NCBI GenBank assembly: GCA_050287605.1
Contig: JBNKCG010000037.1
Location: 5,389-69,388 of the forward strand
Direction of reading: 5' to 3'
From: Gammaproteobacteria bacterium
GTDB taxonomy: Bacteria; Pseudomonadota; Gammaproteobacteria; QQUJ01
DNA length: 64,000 bases
Shown here: one piece after another, positions 41,687 through 51,628 of the stretch
Position numbering within the stretch: the stretch's first letter is position 1
How the letters are laid out: each line of letters begins with the position of its first letter
Translations under genes and position numbers: made by a program
Notes under the pieces: generated by a model
What the model saw: the letters and a program-made list of their open reading frames with translations, nothing else
Database searches by the model: none
What the model was told of the DNA's origin: nothing

Positions 41687-42778
41687 TCAGGTTCCATCCG
41701 CCACCGTCGGCGCCTCACCAGGCACTCGTGGCCACGCATGCAGCACCGCCTGAACCAATGTTGCCAGCGGAATCGCGAAGAACACGCCCCAGAACCCCCA
41801 CACCCCGCCGAACACGAGCACGGCGGTAATGATGGCGACCGGGTGCAGATTGACCACTTCCGAGAACAGCAACGGTACCAGCAGACTGCCGTCCAGGCCC
41901 TGGATCACCAGGTAGGCAAGCATCAGGTACCAAAAATCGGGCGTCAGGCCCCACTGCGAATAGGCCACCAGGGTCACCGGAAACGTCACCACCACCGCGC
42001 CCACGTAGGGGACCAACACCGAGATGCCGACGACGAAACTCAGCAACGCCGCGAATTTGAGCCCCATGACGGTGAAGGTGATGTAGCAGGCCACCCACAC
42101 CACCAGGATTTCCCAGAATTTGCCGCGGATGTAGTTACCGATCTGCAGATCGACCTCTTCCCACACCTGATTCGCCAATCCGCGTGCTCGCGGCATGTAG
42201 CCGCTGATCCAGACGATGATCTTCTCCTTGTCTTTCAACAAAAAGAACACCAACAGCGGCATCAGCACCAGATAGACCAGCAGCGTGAACAGCCCAATGA
42301 TGGAGGCCAGCGAATAGGAGAGCATGCGCTGGCCCCAGTTAGCGAGTTCGCCGCGCACGTGACCCAGCACCGCGTTGATCTCGGACTCGGAAATGATCTG
42401 CGGGTAGGCCTGCGGGAGACGCAACAACGCCTTCTGGCCCTCGTTGATCATGACGGGCAGGTCCTGCACCAGTTGCGTCAACTGCCGCGACAGCAGCGGC
42501 AGCAATCCGAACAGGGTAATGACCAGCAGCGCGAGAAACGCTGTGTAGACCAGGATGACCGTCGGCAAGCGCAACGCCCCGCGACGCACCAGCAGACCCA
42601 CCACACCCTCCAGCAGGTAGGCAATGATGATGCTGGCGATGAGGGGTGCGATCATGGTGCCGAACACCAGCACGATGCCGAAGCCCACCACCAGCAGAAA
42701 CGCCAGCATCATCGCCTCGGGGTTCGAGAGGTGGCGGGCGTACCAGTTGCGCAGTATCTCAAGCATTGCGGGGAGCAT
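41687..42778 (-). CDS. AI-2E family transporter (PerM/YdiK/TqsA-like)
   Basis: About 360 aa, multiple TM helices. The start is chosen at MLPAMLEILRNW. The ORF-track N-terminal extension is Arg/Ser-rich and unlikely to be real. Confidence 0.8.
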   Translation of the reverse strand: MLPAMLEILRNWYARHLSNPEAMMLAFLLVVGFGIVLVFGTMIAPLIASIIIAYLLEGVVGLLVRRGALRLPTVILVYTAFLALLVITLFGLLPLLSRQLTQLVQDLPVMINEGQKALLRLPQAYPQIISESEINAVLGHVRGELANWGQRMLSYSLASIIGLFTLLVYLVLMPLLVFFLLKDKEKIIVWISGYMPRARGLANQVWEEVDLQIGNYIRGKFWEILVVWVACYITFTVMGLKFAALLSFVVGISVLVPYVGAVVVTFPVTLVAYSQWGLTPDFWYLMLAYLVIQGLDGSLLVPLLFSEVVNLHPVAIITAVLVFGGVWGFWGVFFAIPLATLVQAVLHAWPRVPGEAPTVADGT

Positions 42779-43130
42779 CTTTATCGGTTTGATAACGCTG
42801 GTAGTGGTCGGCGAACAACGCCTCGAGATCGTCGATGACCGCGACGGCATCGCGCCCCTGCAGCGTATGCTCCGCCAACAAACCGGCCGCACGGTGCAGC
42901 AGCGCCTGCGCCTCGATCATGGGATAGGTACTGCGCAGACGGCGCAGCGCAGCGACGACGGTTTCGTGGGCGGGCCGCTCCAGCGCGACCGGTTCTTCGT
43001 GCGGTGCCGAATCGTCAATTGCCACTCCCGCGCGGTCGGCGAGGAACTCGGCCAGCACCAGCAACGTCTCCCGATCGCGTGCTTCGAGGAGGCGAAAGCG
43101 AGCCAGCAGTCGATCTTCGGCGTCCGTCAC
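42759..43130 (-). CDS. Hypothetical protein (123 aa, acidic/helical)
   Basis: Fills the gap between the LysR regulator and the AI-2E transporter. No recognisable motif. Could be a spurious GC-rich ORF. Confidence 0.35.
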   Translation of the reverse strand: MTDAEDRLLARFRLLEARDRETLLVLAEFLADRAGVAIDDSAPHEEPVALERPAHETVVAALRRLRSTYPMIEAQALLHRAAGLLAEHTLQGRDAVAVIDDLEALFADHYQRYQTDKDAPRNA

Positions 43131-43195
43131 TCGTCAACACCTCTGCAGCCGCGACCAGCGGCAGATCAGCGAACGGCAGACTATGCGATACGTCA

Positions 43196-44107
43196 TCAGG
43201 CGCGGTCGTTGGGGTGTTCTTCGCAATAGCGCTGGGCGAACTCGTGCAGTTTGTCCATCACGCGATGCCGGAACTGCTGTTTCTGATGCACGAAAGAAAA
43301 CTCGCGCTCCAGGGGTGGATCGAGGGGAATCACCCGCAGCGTCCCCAACTGCACCTCTTTGTGCAGCGTGGCACGCGAGATGATCGACACCCCCATGCCC
43401 GCCTCCACCGCGCCCTTGATCGCCTCGGGATTGCCCAACTCGATGGAGATGTTGAGACTGCCAGGGTCGCGGCCGCATTTCTCCAGATAATTGGCGATCA
43501 CCTCGCGGGTACCGGAACCCTCCTCGCGGGCGATGAACGGATAGTCCAACAGATCGCCGATCTTGAGCTTGCGCGAATCGGCCAGGGCATGATCGGGCGG
43601 CAGGATCACCACCAGCTGATCGACGCGGCACACCTCCACCGCGAGATTCTTGTTGGCCACCGGCCCTTCCACCACACCGAGATCGATGGTGTTGCCCTCG
43701 ACCATCGAGACGATGCCTTCGGTGTTGCTCACCTTGAGCTGGATACTGACCTCGGGGTAGTGGCGTTTGAAGTCGCCCAGCAGCGCGGGCAGCATGTACT
43801 CGGCGATGGTGGTGCTGGCGCCGATGGTGAGCACGCCGCTGAGATCGCCGGTCATCTCGCGTACCGAGTTGTCCATCTCCGTATAGAGTTCGAAGATGCG
43901 ATCGGCATAACGATGCACCAGCTTGCCCGCCTCGGTGAGGCTGATGCGGTTGTGGGTGCGATCGAACAGGCGGGTGCCGAAGTACTCCTCCAACTGGCGC
44001 ACCTGAAAGGTCACCGCCGGTTGGGTCATGTGGAGCGTTTCGGCCGCCTTGGTGAAGCTCAACAACCGCGCAACGGTGCGAAAAACCTGTAGCCGTCGAT
44101 CCGCCAT
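43196..44107 (-). CDS. LysR-family transcriptional regulator (start at MADRRLQ)
   Basis: HTH LQVFRTVARLLSFTKAAETLHMTQPAVTFQVRQLEEYFGTRLFDR plus a C-terminal substrate-binding domain. Confidence 0.85.
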   Translation of the reverse strand: MADRRLQVFRTVARLLSFTKAAETLHMTQPAVTFQVRQLEEYFGTRLFDRTHNRISLTEAGKLVHRYADRIFELYTEMDNSVREMTGDLSGVLTIGASTTIAEYMLPALLGDFKRHYPEVSIQLKVSNTEGIVSMVEGNTIDLGVVEGPVANKNLAVEVCRVDQLVVILPPDHALADSRKLKIGDLLDYPFIAREEGSGTREVIANYLEKCGRDPGSLNISIELGNPEAIKGAVEAGMGVSIISRATLHKEVQLGTLRVIPLDPPLEREFSFVHQKQQFRHRVMDKLHEFAQRYCEEHPNDRA

Positions 44108-44248
44108 AGTCCGTCCTGTCTCCGCAACCCCGTCAGACGACACATCGGACCTGTTCGCGACGCAGCGTGTGCGGGGTCTGTTTCTTATATCAGACCCCGC
44201 ATGGTATCAACTATCCTGATCCTCCAAAAGACGACCTTATCACGTGGC

Positions 44249-47200
44249 TCACTCGCCATCACCTACGTAGCTGCGCTGCATGGCGGCGTAATACATGATG
44301 GGGATCACCACCAGGGTGAGCAGCGTCGAGACCAGGATGCCGAAGATCAGCGCGATGGCCAGCCCGTTGAAAATGGGGTCATCGAGAATGAAGAACGCAC
44401 CCAACATGGCCGCCAGCGCCGTCAGCACGATGGGACGCGCGCGCACAGCGCCTGCGCGGATCACCGCTTCGGCAAACTCGACGCCACGTGCCAGCTCCTG
44501 GTTGACGAAATCCACCAGCAAGATGGAGTTGCGCACGATGATGCCCGCCAATGCGATCATGCCGATCATCGAGGTGGCGGTGAACTGCGCCCCGAGCAGC
44601 GCATGGCCGGGCAGCACACCGATCACGGTCAGCGGGATGGGCGCCATGATGATCAGGGGTACCAAGTAGGAGCGAAACTGTGCCACGACCAGCAGGTAGA
44701 TCAACACCAAGCCGACGGAGTAGGCAATGCCCATGTCGCGGAAGGTCTCGTAGGTCACCTGCCACTCGCCGTCCCACTTGACACTGTAGCGATACGGGTT
44801 GTCCGGCTGGGCGATGAGGTGCTGGGGCAACAACCCGACGCCTTCGATGGGATCTTGCATCAGATCGGCGTAGATGCTGAACATCCCGTAGAGCGGGCTG
44901 TCGAGCTTGCCCGCCAGATCACCGGTGACGAACACCACCGGCAGCAGATCCTTGTGGTAGACCACCTGCTCGCGCTGCCCCGATACCACCTCCACCACCT
45001 CGCCCAGCGGCACCAGCGCCCCGCTGCGGCTGCGTAGCCGCAGGTCCAGCAGCGACGCCAGCGCAGCCTTGTCGGCCACCGGGAACTCCAGACGCACCGG
45101 GATGGGGTACTTGGCTTTGGTGTCGTGCAGGTAGGTCACATCTTCACCGCCCAGCGCCGCGCTGGCCGCTGCCACCACATCCTGCTGGGCGATCCCCAGG
45201 TGCGCCGCGCGCTGGCGGTCGACGCGCAGCACCCATTTGGGCGCCGCGGTCTCGATACTGTCGTCCACATCCACGACGTCCGGCGTGGCGCTGAAGCGCT
45301 TGCGCAGTTCACGCGCCACCGCCACCTGACCGCTGTATTCCGGTCCATAGACCTCGGCCACCAACGGCGACATCACCGGCGGCCCGGGCGGCACCTCCAC
45401 CACCTTGACGTTGGCGCCCATGCGCTCGCCGATGGCGGCTAACGGTCCGCGCACCGCCAACGCGATCTCGTGACTCTTGCGGTGACGCTGGGATTTGTCC
45501 ACCAGGTTGACCTGGATATCGCCCACGTTGGCACCGCGCCGCAGATAGTATTGGCGCACCAGACCGTTGAAACTGATGGGCGAGGCGGTACCCACGTAGG
45601 CCTGGAAATCGGTCACCTCCGGCACCTTGGCGATCTCGGCGCCCAGTTCGGTCAGCACTGCGGCAGTGCGTTCGACGGCGGTGCCTTCGGGCATGTCCAC
45701 CACCACCTGAAACTCCGACTTGTTGTCGAAGGGCAGCATCTTCAACACCACCCATTCGACCACCGCCATCCCTCCCGACAGCGCGATGAGCACTACCATG
45801 GCCAGGGCCAGCAGCCGGCGCCGGCGGCGCCCCTTTTCGGCATCCAGAAACGGACCCACCAGGCGCTGGAACAGGCCGTAGAGCTGCGGCTGCTCCTCCT
45901 CGCCGTGCGCGTTGTGGGAGTGGGCCTGGTGGCGCAGCATGCGGTGCGTAAACCACGGCGTCACCACAAAGGCCACCGCCAGCGAGATCAGCATACCGGC
46001 GCTGGCATTGATGGGGATGGGGCTCATGTAGGGCCCCATCAGGCCGGTGACGAAGGCCATGGGCAGCAGCGCCGCGATCACCGTGAAGGTGGCGAGAATG
46101 GTGGGGCCGCCCACCTCGTCCACGGCAATGGGGATGGCCTCGATCAACGACTTGTCGCCCATGGCCCAGTGGCGATGAATGTTCTCCACTACCACGATGG
46201 CGTCGTCCACCAGGATGCCGATGGAGAAGATCAGCGCGAACAGCGAGACGCGGTTGAGGGTGAAACCCCACGCCCACGAGGCGAACAGCGTAGCCGCCAA
46301 GGTGATCACCACCGCGCTGCCCACCACGACGGCTTCGCGCCGCCCCAGGGTGAACAGCACCAGCAGCACCACCGAGGCGGTGGCGAAGATCAGCTTCTTG
46401 ATCAGCGTCTTCGCCTTGTCGTCGGCGGTGGCGCCGTAGTTGCGCGTGACCGTGGCGTGTATCCCCTCGGGAATAAAGGTGCCGCGCAGCGCCTCGAAAC
46501 GCTGGATCACCTGGTCGGCAATGGTGACGGCGTTGGTGCCGGGCTTCTTGGCCACGGCAATGCTAACCGCTGGGAAAGTGCCCTGTTCGGCGATCCCCTT
46601 CGCTGCGGCAGCCGGCCCGGTGCCGAACCAGACGTACTGCTCGGGCTGATCGGGACCCAGGGTCACCTCGGCCACGTCTTCCAGGTAGACGGGCGCATCG
46701 CCGTGCATTCCCACGATGAGCCGCGCGACCTCCAGGGGAGTGGAGAGAAACTGCCCCGCCTGCACCGTGATTTCGCGGTCGTCCGCCACCAAGGCGCCCG
46801 ATTCGGCGGAGCGGTTGGCACCGCCCAAGGCCTGGCGCAGGTCGTCGAGGCTGACGTTCAAGCCGGCCATGCGCTGCGGATCGAACTCCACGTGCACCAC
46901 CCGGTCGGGACCGCCGATGGAGTCGATGTCGCGCGTGCCGGGGACGCGCTTGAGTTCCGCCTCGATGGCGTGGGCGACGCGCAGCAGGTCGTCGGCACCA
47001 CGGTTGGGATCGTCGGTCCACAAGGTACCGGCGACGATGGGCACGTCGTCGATGCCCACGGGCTTGATGATGGGCTGCCCCACGCCGAGGTTGGCGGGCA
47101 GCCAATCCTGATTGGAGTAGATGGCGTTGTAGAGGCGGACGATGGAGCGGGTGCGGTCCTCCCCCACCACGAACTGGATACTCAGCACCGCCTGACCGGG

Positions 47201-47476
47201 GCGCGACAGCGAATAGATGTGCTTGACCCCCTCGATCTCCGAGAGCACCTGCTCCAGCGGCGTGGTGACCAAGTGCTCAACCTCGTCGGCTGCAGCACCC
47301 GGGAATGGGACGAACACGTTGGCGAGGGTGACGTTGATCTGCGGCTCTTCCTCGCGCGGCGTGACCAATACCGCAAACAGCCCCAGCAACAGCCCCACCA
47401 AGGCCAGCAGCGGGGTAATCTCGCTGTGCAGGAAAGCGCGCGCGACGCGCCCCGAGATGCCCAGATTCCCGCTCAC
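44249..47476 (-). CDS. RND efflux transporter permease (AcrB/HAE family)
   Basis: 1075 aa. 12 TM segments and two large periplasmic loops. N-terminal GISGRVARAFLHSEITPLLAL. Confidence 0.92.
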   Translation of the reverse strand: MSGNLGISGRVARAFLHSEITPLLALVGLLLGLFAVLVTPREEEPQINVTLANVFVPFPGAAADEVEHLVTTPLEQVLSEIEGVKHIYSLSRPGQAVLSIQFVVGEDRTRSIVRLYNAIYSNQDWLPANLGVGQPIIKPVGIDDVPIVAGTLWTDDPNRGADDLLRVAHAIEAELKRVPGTRDIDSIGGPDRVVHVEFDPQRMAGLNVSLDDLRQALGGANRSAESGALVADDREITVQAGQFLSTPLEVARLIVGMHGDAPVYLEDVAEVTLGPDQPEQYVWFGTGPAAAAKGIAEQGTFPAVSIAVAKKPGTNAVTIADQVIQRFEALRGTFIPEGIHATVTRNYGATADDKAKTLIKKLIFATASVVLLVLFTLGRREAVVVGSAVVITLAATLFASWAWGFTLNRVSLFALIFSIGILVDDAIVVVENIHRHWAMGDKSLIEAIPIAVDEVGGPTILATFTVIAALLPMAFVTGLMGPYMSPIPINASAGMLISLAVAFVVTPWFTHRMLRHQAHSHNAHGEEEQPQLYGLFQRLVGPFLDAEKGRRRRRLLALAMVVLIALSGGMAVVEWVVLKMLPFDNKSEFQVVVDMPEGTAVERTAAVLTELGAEIAKVPEVTDFQAYVGTASPISFNGLVRQYYLRRGANVGDIQVNLVDKSQRHRKSHEIALAVRGPLAAIGERMGANVKVVEVPPGPPVMSPLVAEVYGPEYSGQVAVARELRKRFSATPDVVDVDDSIETAAPKWVLRVDRQRAAHLGIAQQDVVAAASAALGGEDVTYLHDTKAKYPIPVRLEFPVADKAALASLLDLRLRSRSGALVPLGEVVEVVSGQREQVVYHKDLLPVVFVTGDLAGKLDSPLYGMFSIYADLMQDPIEGVGLLPQHLIAQPDNPYRYSVKWDGEWQVTYETFRDMGIAYSVGLVLIYLLVVAQFRSYLVPLIIMAPIPLTVIGVLPGHALLGAQFTATSMIGMIALAGIIVRNSILLVDFVNQELARGVEFAEAVIRAGAVRARPIVLTALAAMLGAFFILDDPIFNGLAIALIFGILVSTLLTLVVIPIMYYAAMQRSYVGDGE

Positions 47477-48519
47477 CGAGCCGCCCTTCCCTGCTTGAGC
47501 ACCAGCGCCGCTTCCACCGGGTCCAGCGCCACGCGCTCGTTCTCCTGCAGACCGGCCAGGACCTCAATCTGGTCATCCGGTCCCGGCGCGCCGACCCGGA
47601 TCTGGCGCAGGGAGACCGCGCCGTCGTCAGCCACCACGTAGGCAGCGGTCAGCTCACTGCGGCGCACCACCGCCGAGCGCGGGATCAGCAGCGTGCGCCG
47701 CTCGCCCGTCGGCACCTCGACCTTCACCAACATGCCCGGCTGCAGTCCCTCGATGCGCGGCGGCAGCTCCACGCGTACCTGCACCGTGTGGGTGGCGGGA
47801 TCGGCGAAAGGGAACACCGTGATCTGCGGCCCGGGCACCGCGAGCGGCGTGCCGTCGGGCAGCAGGACGATGACACCCAGCTCACGATTGAGGTGAGCGA
47901 CCACGCGCTGCGGCAGTGCGGCGGTGACGCGCAGCTGATCCAGCGACAACCCGGTCATCAACGGCTGGCCCACGGTGACCGATTCGCCCACCTCCACCAT
48001 GCGCTTGACCACGATCCCGGCGTAGGGGGCACGCACCTCGGTATATCCCAACTGCTCCTCGGCGCGCTGCACACCCGCCGTAGCCGAATCGACTCGCGCC
48101 TTGGCGGCCTGCAGATCGGCCTTGGCTCGGTCCAGAGCGGACTTGGCCACCAGCTTGCGCGCGTAGATCTGCTCGACGCGTTCGAATTCGGTCTGCGCCT
48201 CGCTGAACCGGGCTTCGGCCTCACGCAGGGCAGCCTTTGCCGACTCGCTCTGCGCGCGCTGCTCGGTGTCCTTGAGACGGATGATCACCTTGCCGCGCGG
48301 CACGTAGTCGTGCACGTCGAAGTTGATGGCGACGATGCGCCCGCCGATCTGAGCCGACACCGTGGCCTGATTGACCGCTTCGACGGTGGCATCGAAGGTA
48401 CGCTGCTCCGGCAGCGTCTGGTAGGCCAGCGTGGCGGTCTGCAGCTCGGCCGCGCCCGCCAGCACGCTCCAGGCCAGCGTGACGGGGAGAATCAACCAAC
48501 GTTGGAAGGGGCTCTGCAT
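47473..48519 (-). CDS. RND efflux periplasmic adaptor (membrane fusion protein)
   Basis: Signal/anchor, coiled-coil hairpin, lipoyl and beta-barrel blocks (YTEVRAPYAGIV). 4-nt overlap with the RND gene. Confidence 0.9.
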   Translation of the reverse strand: MQSPFQRWLILPVTLAWSVLAGAAELQTATLAYQTLPEQRTFDATVEAVNQATVSAQIGGRIVAINFDVHDYVPRGKVIIRLKDTEQRAQSESAKAALREAEARFSEAQTEFERVEQIYARKLVAKSALDRAKADLQAAKARVDSATAGVQRAEEQLGYTEVRAPYAGIVVKRMVEVGESVTVGQPLMTGLSLDQLRVTAALPQRVVAHLNRELGVIVLLPDGTPLAVPGPQITVFPFADPATHTVQVRVELPPRIEGLQPGMLVKVEVPTGERRTLLIPRSAVVRRSELTAAYVVADDGAVSLRQIRVGAPGPDDQIEVLAGLQENERVALDPVEAALVLKQGRAAR

Positions 48520-48561
48520 CGTTCGGCTCTCTCAAGGTCTGAGTAAAGTGGACGCCATTCT

Positions 48562-48581
48562 ATATTAGAATCTTCTAATAT
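48562..48581. promoter_or_regulatory. Perfect AT-rich palindrome (candidate operator) upstream of the RND efflux operon
   Basis: atattagaa-tc-ttctaatat: 9-bp perfect arms with a 2-bp centre, 43 bp upstream of the adaptor-gene ATG. A striking AT island in GC-rich DNA. Confidence 0.4.
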
Positions 48582-48602
48582 GCCAATATCCCACCCACCC
48601 CG

Positions 48603-49250
48603 TCACGCCAGCAGGGCCGCCACGATACCGGTGATGAAGATCCCGTCGAAAGTGCCCGCCCCGCCGATGGAGGCCATCGGCGCCCCCATGTGGCGGATGT
48701 CGTCCAGGCGCAGCAGATCGGCCCCGATCAGCACCCCCAGCGTTCCGCAGACGTATGCCAGCGGGGCGCTGGCGCCGGGATCCAACGTCACCCCCACCGC
48801 CGCCGCGGCCAGCGGCGCAACGAACAGCGGCAGGCCGATCCCCATCCCCGGGATGGGACGGCTCACCCAGCGGCAGAGCAGCGCCACCAGCGCGCTACCG
48901 ACCACGGCCGCACCGCCATGGATTTCAGTGTTGCGCAGCAGATAAAGGCTGAAAAATACCGGAATGACACAGCCCCCGGCATTGACCATTAGCAATGTCC
49001 GGCCGGGGCGGAAATGGGGCGGCAACAGGAGCGAACGGCGTCGGTACCGGTCCAGCAGACCCGGCGACGGCGGATCCGAGCGGATATAGAACAGCGGCAG
49101 ATTCACCACACTGCCCACCAGCGAGCTCAGCAGCAGCAGAAAGCCGGCGTCGGCCGAGAGGCCCAGCTTGTCGAAGGCGACGCTCAGCAGTCCGATCTGG
49201 ACCATGAACACGACCGCGACCACCAGCATCACCAGGAAGACAAGCGGCAT
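48603..49250 (-). CDS. DUF1614-family integral membrane protein
   Basis: MPLVFLVMLVVAVVFMVQIGLLSVAFDKLGLS is a typical DUF1614 N-terminus (from memory), with several TM helices. Confidence 0.6.
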   Translation of the reverse strand: MPLVFLVMLVVAVVFMVQIGLLSVAFDKLGLSADAGFLLLLSSLVGSVVNLPLFYIRSDPPSPGLLDRYRRRSLLLPPHFRPGRTLLMVNAGGCVIPVFFSLYLLRNTEIHGGAAVVGSALVALLCRWVSRPIPGMGIGLPLFVAPLAAAAVGVTLDPGASAPLAYVCGTLGVLIGADLLRLDDIRHMGAPMASIGGAGTFDGIFITGIVAALLA

Positions 49251-49300
49251 CGGGAGTGAGCATCCTTTCTGTTCGCGGGAGCGGCGCCCGCGCACCCCGC

Positions 49301-51421
49301 TTAGGCGCCGCGGGGTTGTCGTCGCGTCAGGGTAACGAATTCGGCCGCGCCGAGCGGTTTGCTGAAATGATAGCCCTGATACGCGTCGCAGCCATGCGTG
49401 CGAAGAAAGTTCAGTTGTCCCTCCTGCTCCACACCCTCCGCGATCACGTGATGGCCAAAGCGCTGCGCCATGGCGAGGATGGTCTCGACGATGGTCGCAT
49501 CGTTGATATCGCTCAAAATACCGTCGACGAAAGAACGGTCGATCTTCAACACCTCAACGGGCAAGCGTTTGAGATACATCAGCGACGAATAGCCGGTGCC
49601 GAAGTCGTCGATGGCGAAGCGAATGCCCAACTCGATCAGGCACTCCATCTTGAACGCCGCATCCTCGACGTCGTGAACCAGCACGCCTTCGGTGAGTTCC
49701 AGCTCCAGAAAGCGCGCGTCGACGCCGCTGTCAGCGATGATGGTCGCCGCGCGCTCGACGAAATCCCACTGGCGGAACTGCTTGGGGCTGACGTTCACCG
49801 CCAGGCGGAATCCCGGCCCGATGATCCCCTCTTCGCTCCAGCGGCGAATCGAGCGGCACGCTTCGCGCAGCACCCAGTCGCCCACCGCCACGATGATGCC
49901 GGTCTCTTCGGCGACGGGGACGAAGTCGCCCGGGGACACCATGCCCCGGCGCGGGTGGCGCCAGCGCAACAGCGCCTCCGCGCCGATGATCCGGTTGCTC
50001 CCGATCTCAACCTGGGGTTGGAAGTGGAGCATCAGTTCGCCGCGTCCCAGGGCGTAGTGCAGATCGGTCTCGATCTCCAGGCGGCGTGTGGCCGCCAGCT
50101 GCATGCCGGGCAGGTAGAAATGAAACTCGCCGCTGCCCGCCCCTTTGGCCCGGTAAAGCGCGGTGTCGGCCTGTTTCAGCACTTCGTCCGCACCGGAGAC
50201 GCTCATGGGAAACAGCGCGATGCCGACGCCGGCGGTGGTGCGCAACTCGTGATGGCCGACGCGAAACGGCCGGTCGATGGCCGCCAGCACCTTTTCGGCC
50301 ACCGCTTGCGCGTTCACCGCCGCGCGCTCCGCCGCTGCCGGCAGTTCGGCCAGCAACACCACGAATTCGTCGCCGCCCACCCGCGCCACGGTATCGGTGG
50401 CGCGCAGCGTGTTGCGCAAGCAGACGGCAACCGCCTGCAGCAGCGCATCGCCCATGGCCGGTCCCAGCGAATCGTTGATGGTCTTGAAGCGGTCGAGATC
50501 GATCAACAGCACCGCCCCCATGTGGTCGTGGCGCTCGGCGTTGGCCAATGCCTGCTGCAAGCGGTCACGCAGCAACCTACGGTTGGGCAGCTGGGTGAGT
50601 GGATCGAAGTAGGCCGATTGGCGCAGCTCACCGTCGCGCCGTTCCAGCATACCGAAACCGGTAACCAGCCCCGCCATGCCCAGCAGCCACAGGAATCCGT
50701 GTCCCAGAGTGAGCGCCGCCTCGCGCCCGGGCGGCCAGGCGCCGCCCGGCTCCCCCACGGGAACGCTGACGCTGACACCGCCCAGCACCTCGCCCACCTG
50801 CAGGCCCTGCCCGCCGTGACAGACCAGGCAGCCCTGCTCCACATGGCGCGGCCGCATCAGCCGATAGCGCGGCTCAGCGCCCGCCGTCACCGCTTCGCCC
50901 ACCTCGTCGACGCCACGCTGAAAACGCAGCAACGCGCGCTGCTCCCAGCCATCGGGCCGATGGTCTGGGCTGAGCGGGCGCAGGCTGGCGACGTGAACCG
51001 CGGCCCCGCCGCTGAGGTGCGGAGATTCGCCGCCGTGAAGCAGGCGCATGAAATACGAAGCGTTGGGCAGCGTGAGCGCAACAACCGGGTCGGTGGTGAC
51101 GTCGCGCTCGCGAAGAGGGTGCAGATCGGCGTCAGGAGCGGCGCCCTCCCCGGCACCGGCGTAGACCCCGCCCAGTCCCGCGACCAAGTCTCGGGCAGCC
51201 AGATCCCGCTCCAACAGCACCGCGGCCTGAGCGCGCGCCTGCGCGACCAGACCTTGTCGGTTGAGGTGTAGGTTCCAGCTCAGGGAAGCGACCACGGCGC
51301 CGGTCCACACGACCACCAGGAACCCACGCCAAAGGGACAGGCGTGACGCCTGCGCGGGATCCTTGTGGGCGGGCGTACGGCGGTCGGAGTGAGGGATGCG
51401 GCTGCGGTCGCCGTCCGTCAT
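49301..51421 (-). CDS. Diguanylate cyclase/phosphodiesterase (GGDEF-EAL) with a periplasmic heme-c-type (CXXCH) sensor domain
   Basis: TM, then a periplasmic about 200-aa domain containing CLVCHGG (CXXCH), resembling the Tll0287/DUF3365 heme-PAS sensor. A second TM precedes GGDEF (RVGGDEF) and EAL (EALLRW, DDFGTGYSS). Confidence 0.9.
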   Translation of the reverse strand: MTDGDRSRIPHSDRRTPAHKDPAQASRLSLWRGFLVVVWTGAVVASLSWNLHLNRQGLVAQARAQAAVLLERDLAARDLVAGLGGVYAGAGEGAAPDADLHPLRERDVTTDPVVALTLPNASYFMRLLHGGESPHLSGGAAVHVASLRPLSPDHRPDGWEQRALLRFQRGVDEVGEAVTAGAEPRYRLMRPRHVEQGCLVCHGGQGLQVGEVLGGVSVSVPVGEPGGAWPPGREAALTLGHGFLWLLGMAGLVTGFGMLERRDGELRQSAYFDPLTQLPNRRLLRDRLQQALANAERHDHMGAVLLIDLDRFKTINDSLGPAMGDALLQAVAVCLRNTLRATDTVARVGGDEFVVLLAELPAAAERAAVNAQAVAEKVLAAIDRPFRVGHHELRTTAGVGIALFPMSVSGADEVLKQADTALYRAKGAGSGEFHFYLPGMQLAATRRLEIETDLHYALGRGELMLHFQPQVEIGSNRIIGAEALLRWRHPRRGMVSPGDFVPVAEETGIIVAVGDWVLREACRSIRRWSEEGIIGPGFRLAVNVSPKQFRQWDFVERAATIIADSGVDARFLELELTEGVLVHDVEDAAFKMECLIELGIRFAIDDFGTGYSSLMYLKRLPVEVLKIDRSFVDGILSDINDATIVETILAMAQRFGHHVIAEGVEQEGQLNFLRTHGCDAYQGYHFSKPLGAAEFVTLTRRQPRGA

Positions 51422-51628
51422 TTATTGTTATCCCCTGCTTTCGTCACGCGGATCGATCAACGGCATACCCCGCAGTGGCCTCGCTCCCGGCCAACGCGGT
51501 CTGTCAAACGTGTCAAAGGGGATATCGGCCACCGCGGCCCAAACATTTAGGGCGCGGACGTCGGGAGTATTTCCACAGTGAAACGCGGGCGAGAGATAAC
51601 CCGCAATGCGGTCAGGCGAGCGGCGGGA

